64,000 bases of DNA. It comes from Callorhinchus milii (Eukaryota). Made by a program: the position numbers and the translations under genes. The stretch is taken from contig NW_024704743.1 in the NCBI RefSeq assembly GCF_018977255.1, positions 108,130,001-108,194,000 of the forward strand, read 5' to 3'. The notes under the pieces are model-generated. The model ran no database searches and was not told where the DNA came from. It saw only the letters and a program-made list of their open reading frames with translations. Positions 63,689 through 64,000 of this stretch are shown in pieces (positions within the stretch are counted from its first letter, which is position 1; every line of letters begins with the position of its first letter).

Positions 63689-64000
63689 GTATATGTATTT
63701 GTGGGTAGGTAGGGAGAGGGGGAAAACCAATCTCGATATCTTTGTATGGGGACTAGGGAGTACAGTATTTATTCCCAGCAATGGACACTTTGAGTAAGAC
63801 CTGTGTGATGTACAGAAAGTGTTAAACACAGAATTTTCAAGGAGTTGACACATCCTAGCTCAAGTTTGGAAGTCGAGTCCTGATAGTAGGAAGGAGTTGT
63901 GGCCTGAGTCACATTTTTGCATAATGACTGCAGTTACTGACATCTCCAATTGAAAAATAGATACTTTTAATCCATTTCAAAGTGTCTGACAGGTGGAGTG

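Noticed and set aside
1..64000. CRISPR array, operon or other prokaryotic/viral system
   Set aside because: No regularly spaced repeat-spacer array and no gene-dense region; the content is vertebrate retroposons.

Overview
This is eukaryotic, repeat-dense, apparently non-coding DNA (a large intron or intergenic region). It is most likely from a cartilaginous fish such as a chimaera or elephant shark; this is inferred only from the repeat families present. No intact protein-coding gene, true tRNA/rRNA gene, CRISPR array or prokaryotic system can be supported. The only ORFs with recognisable protein similarity are pieces of decayed L2 and CR1 LINEs. The window is dominated by (i) 5'-truncated L2 LINE copies of several subfamilies with (TGT)n tails, (ii) CR1 3' fragments, (iii) an old SacSINE1-like Deu-domain tRNA-SINE, and (iv) a younger tRNA-headed SINE with long and short forms that combines a CORE-like segment, the 3' part of the Deu domain and an L2-type tail. 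The most notable structural observations are: a ~2 kb inverted duplication (18-1478 vs ~37540-39583) whose breakpoints and later indels can be reconstructed; a fold-back inverted repeat at 61027-61763; a 3' stem-loop with compensatory changes across L2 and SINE subfamilies, including an apparent tail update in the youngest SINE; and a 102-bp Penelope-like insert with a decayed hammerhead-ribozyme core and a perfect 14-bp TSD. I do not see evidence for a new biological system. Boundaries of old repeats are approximate, and family names come from recalled consensus similarity, not a database search.
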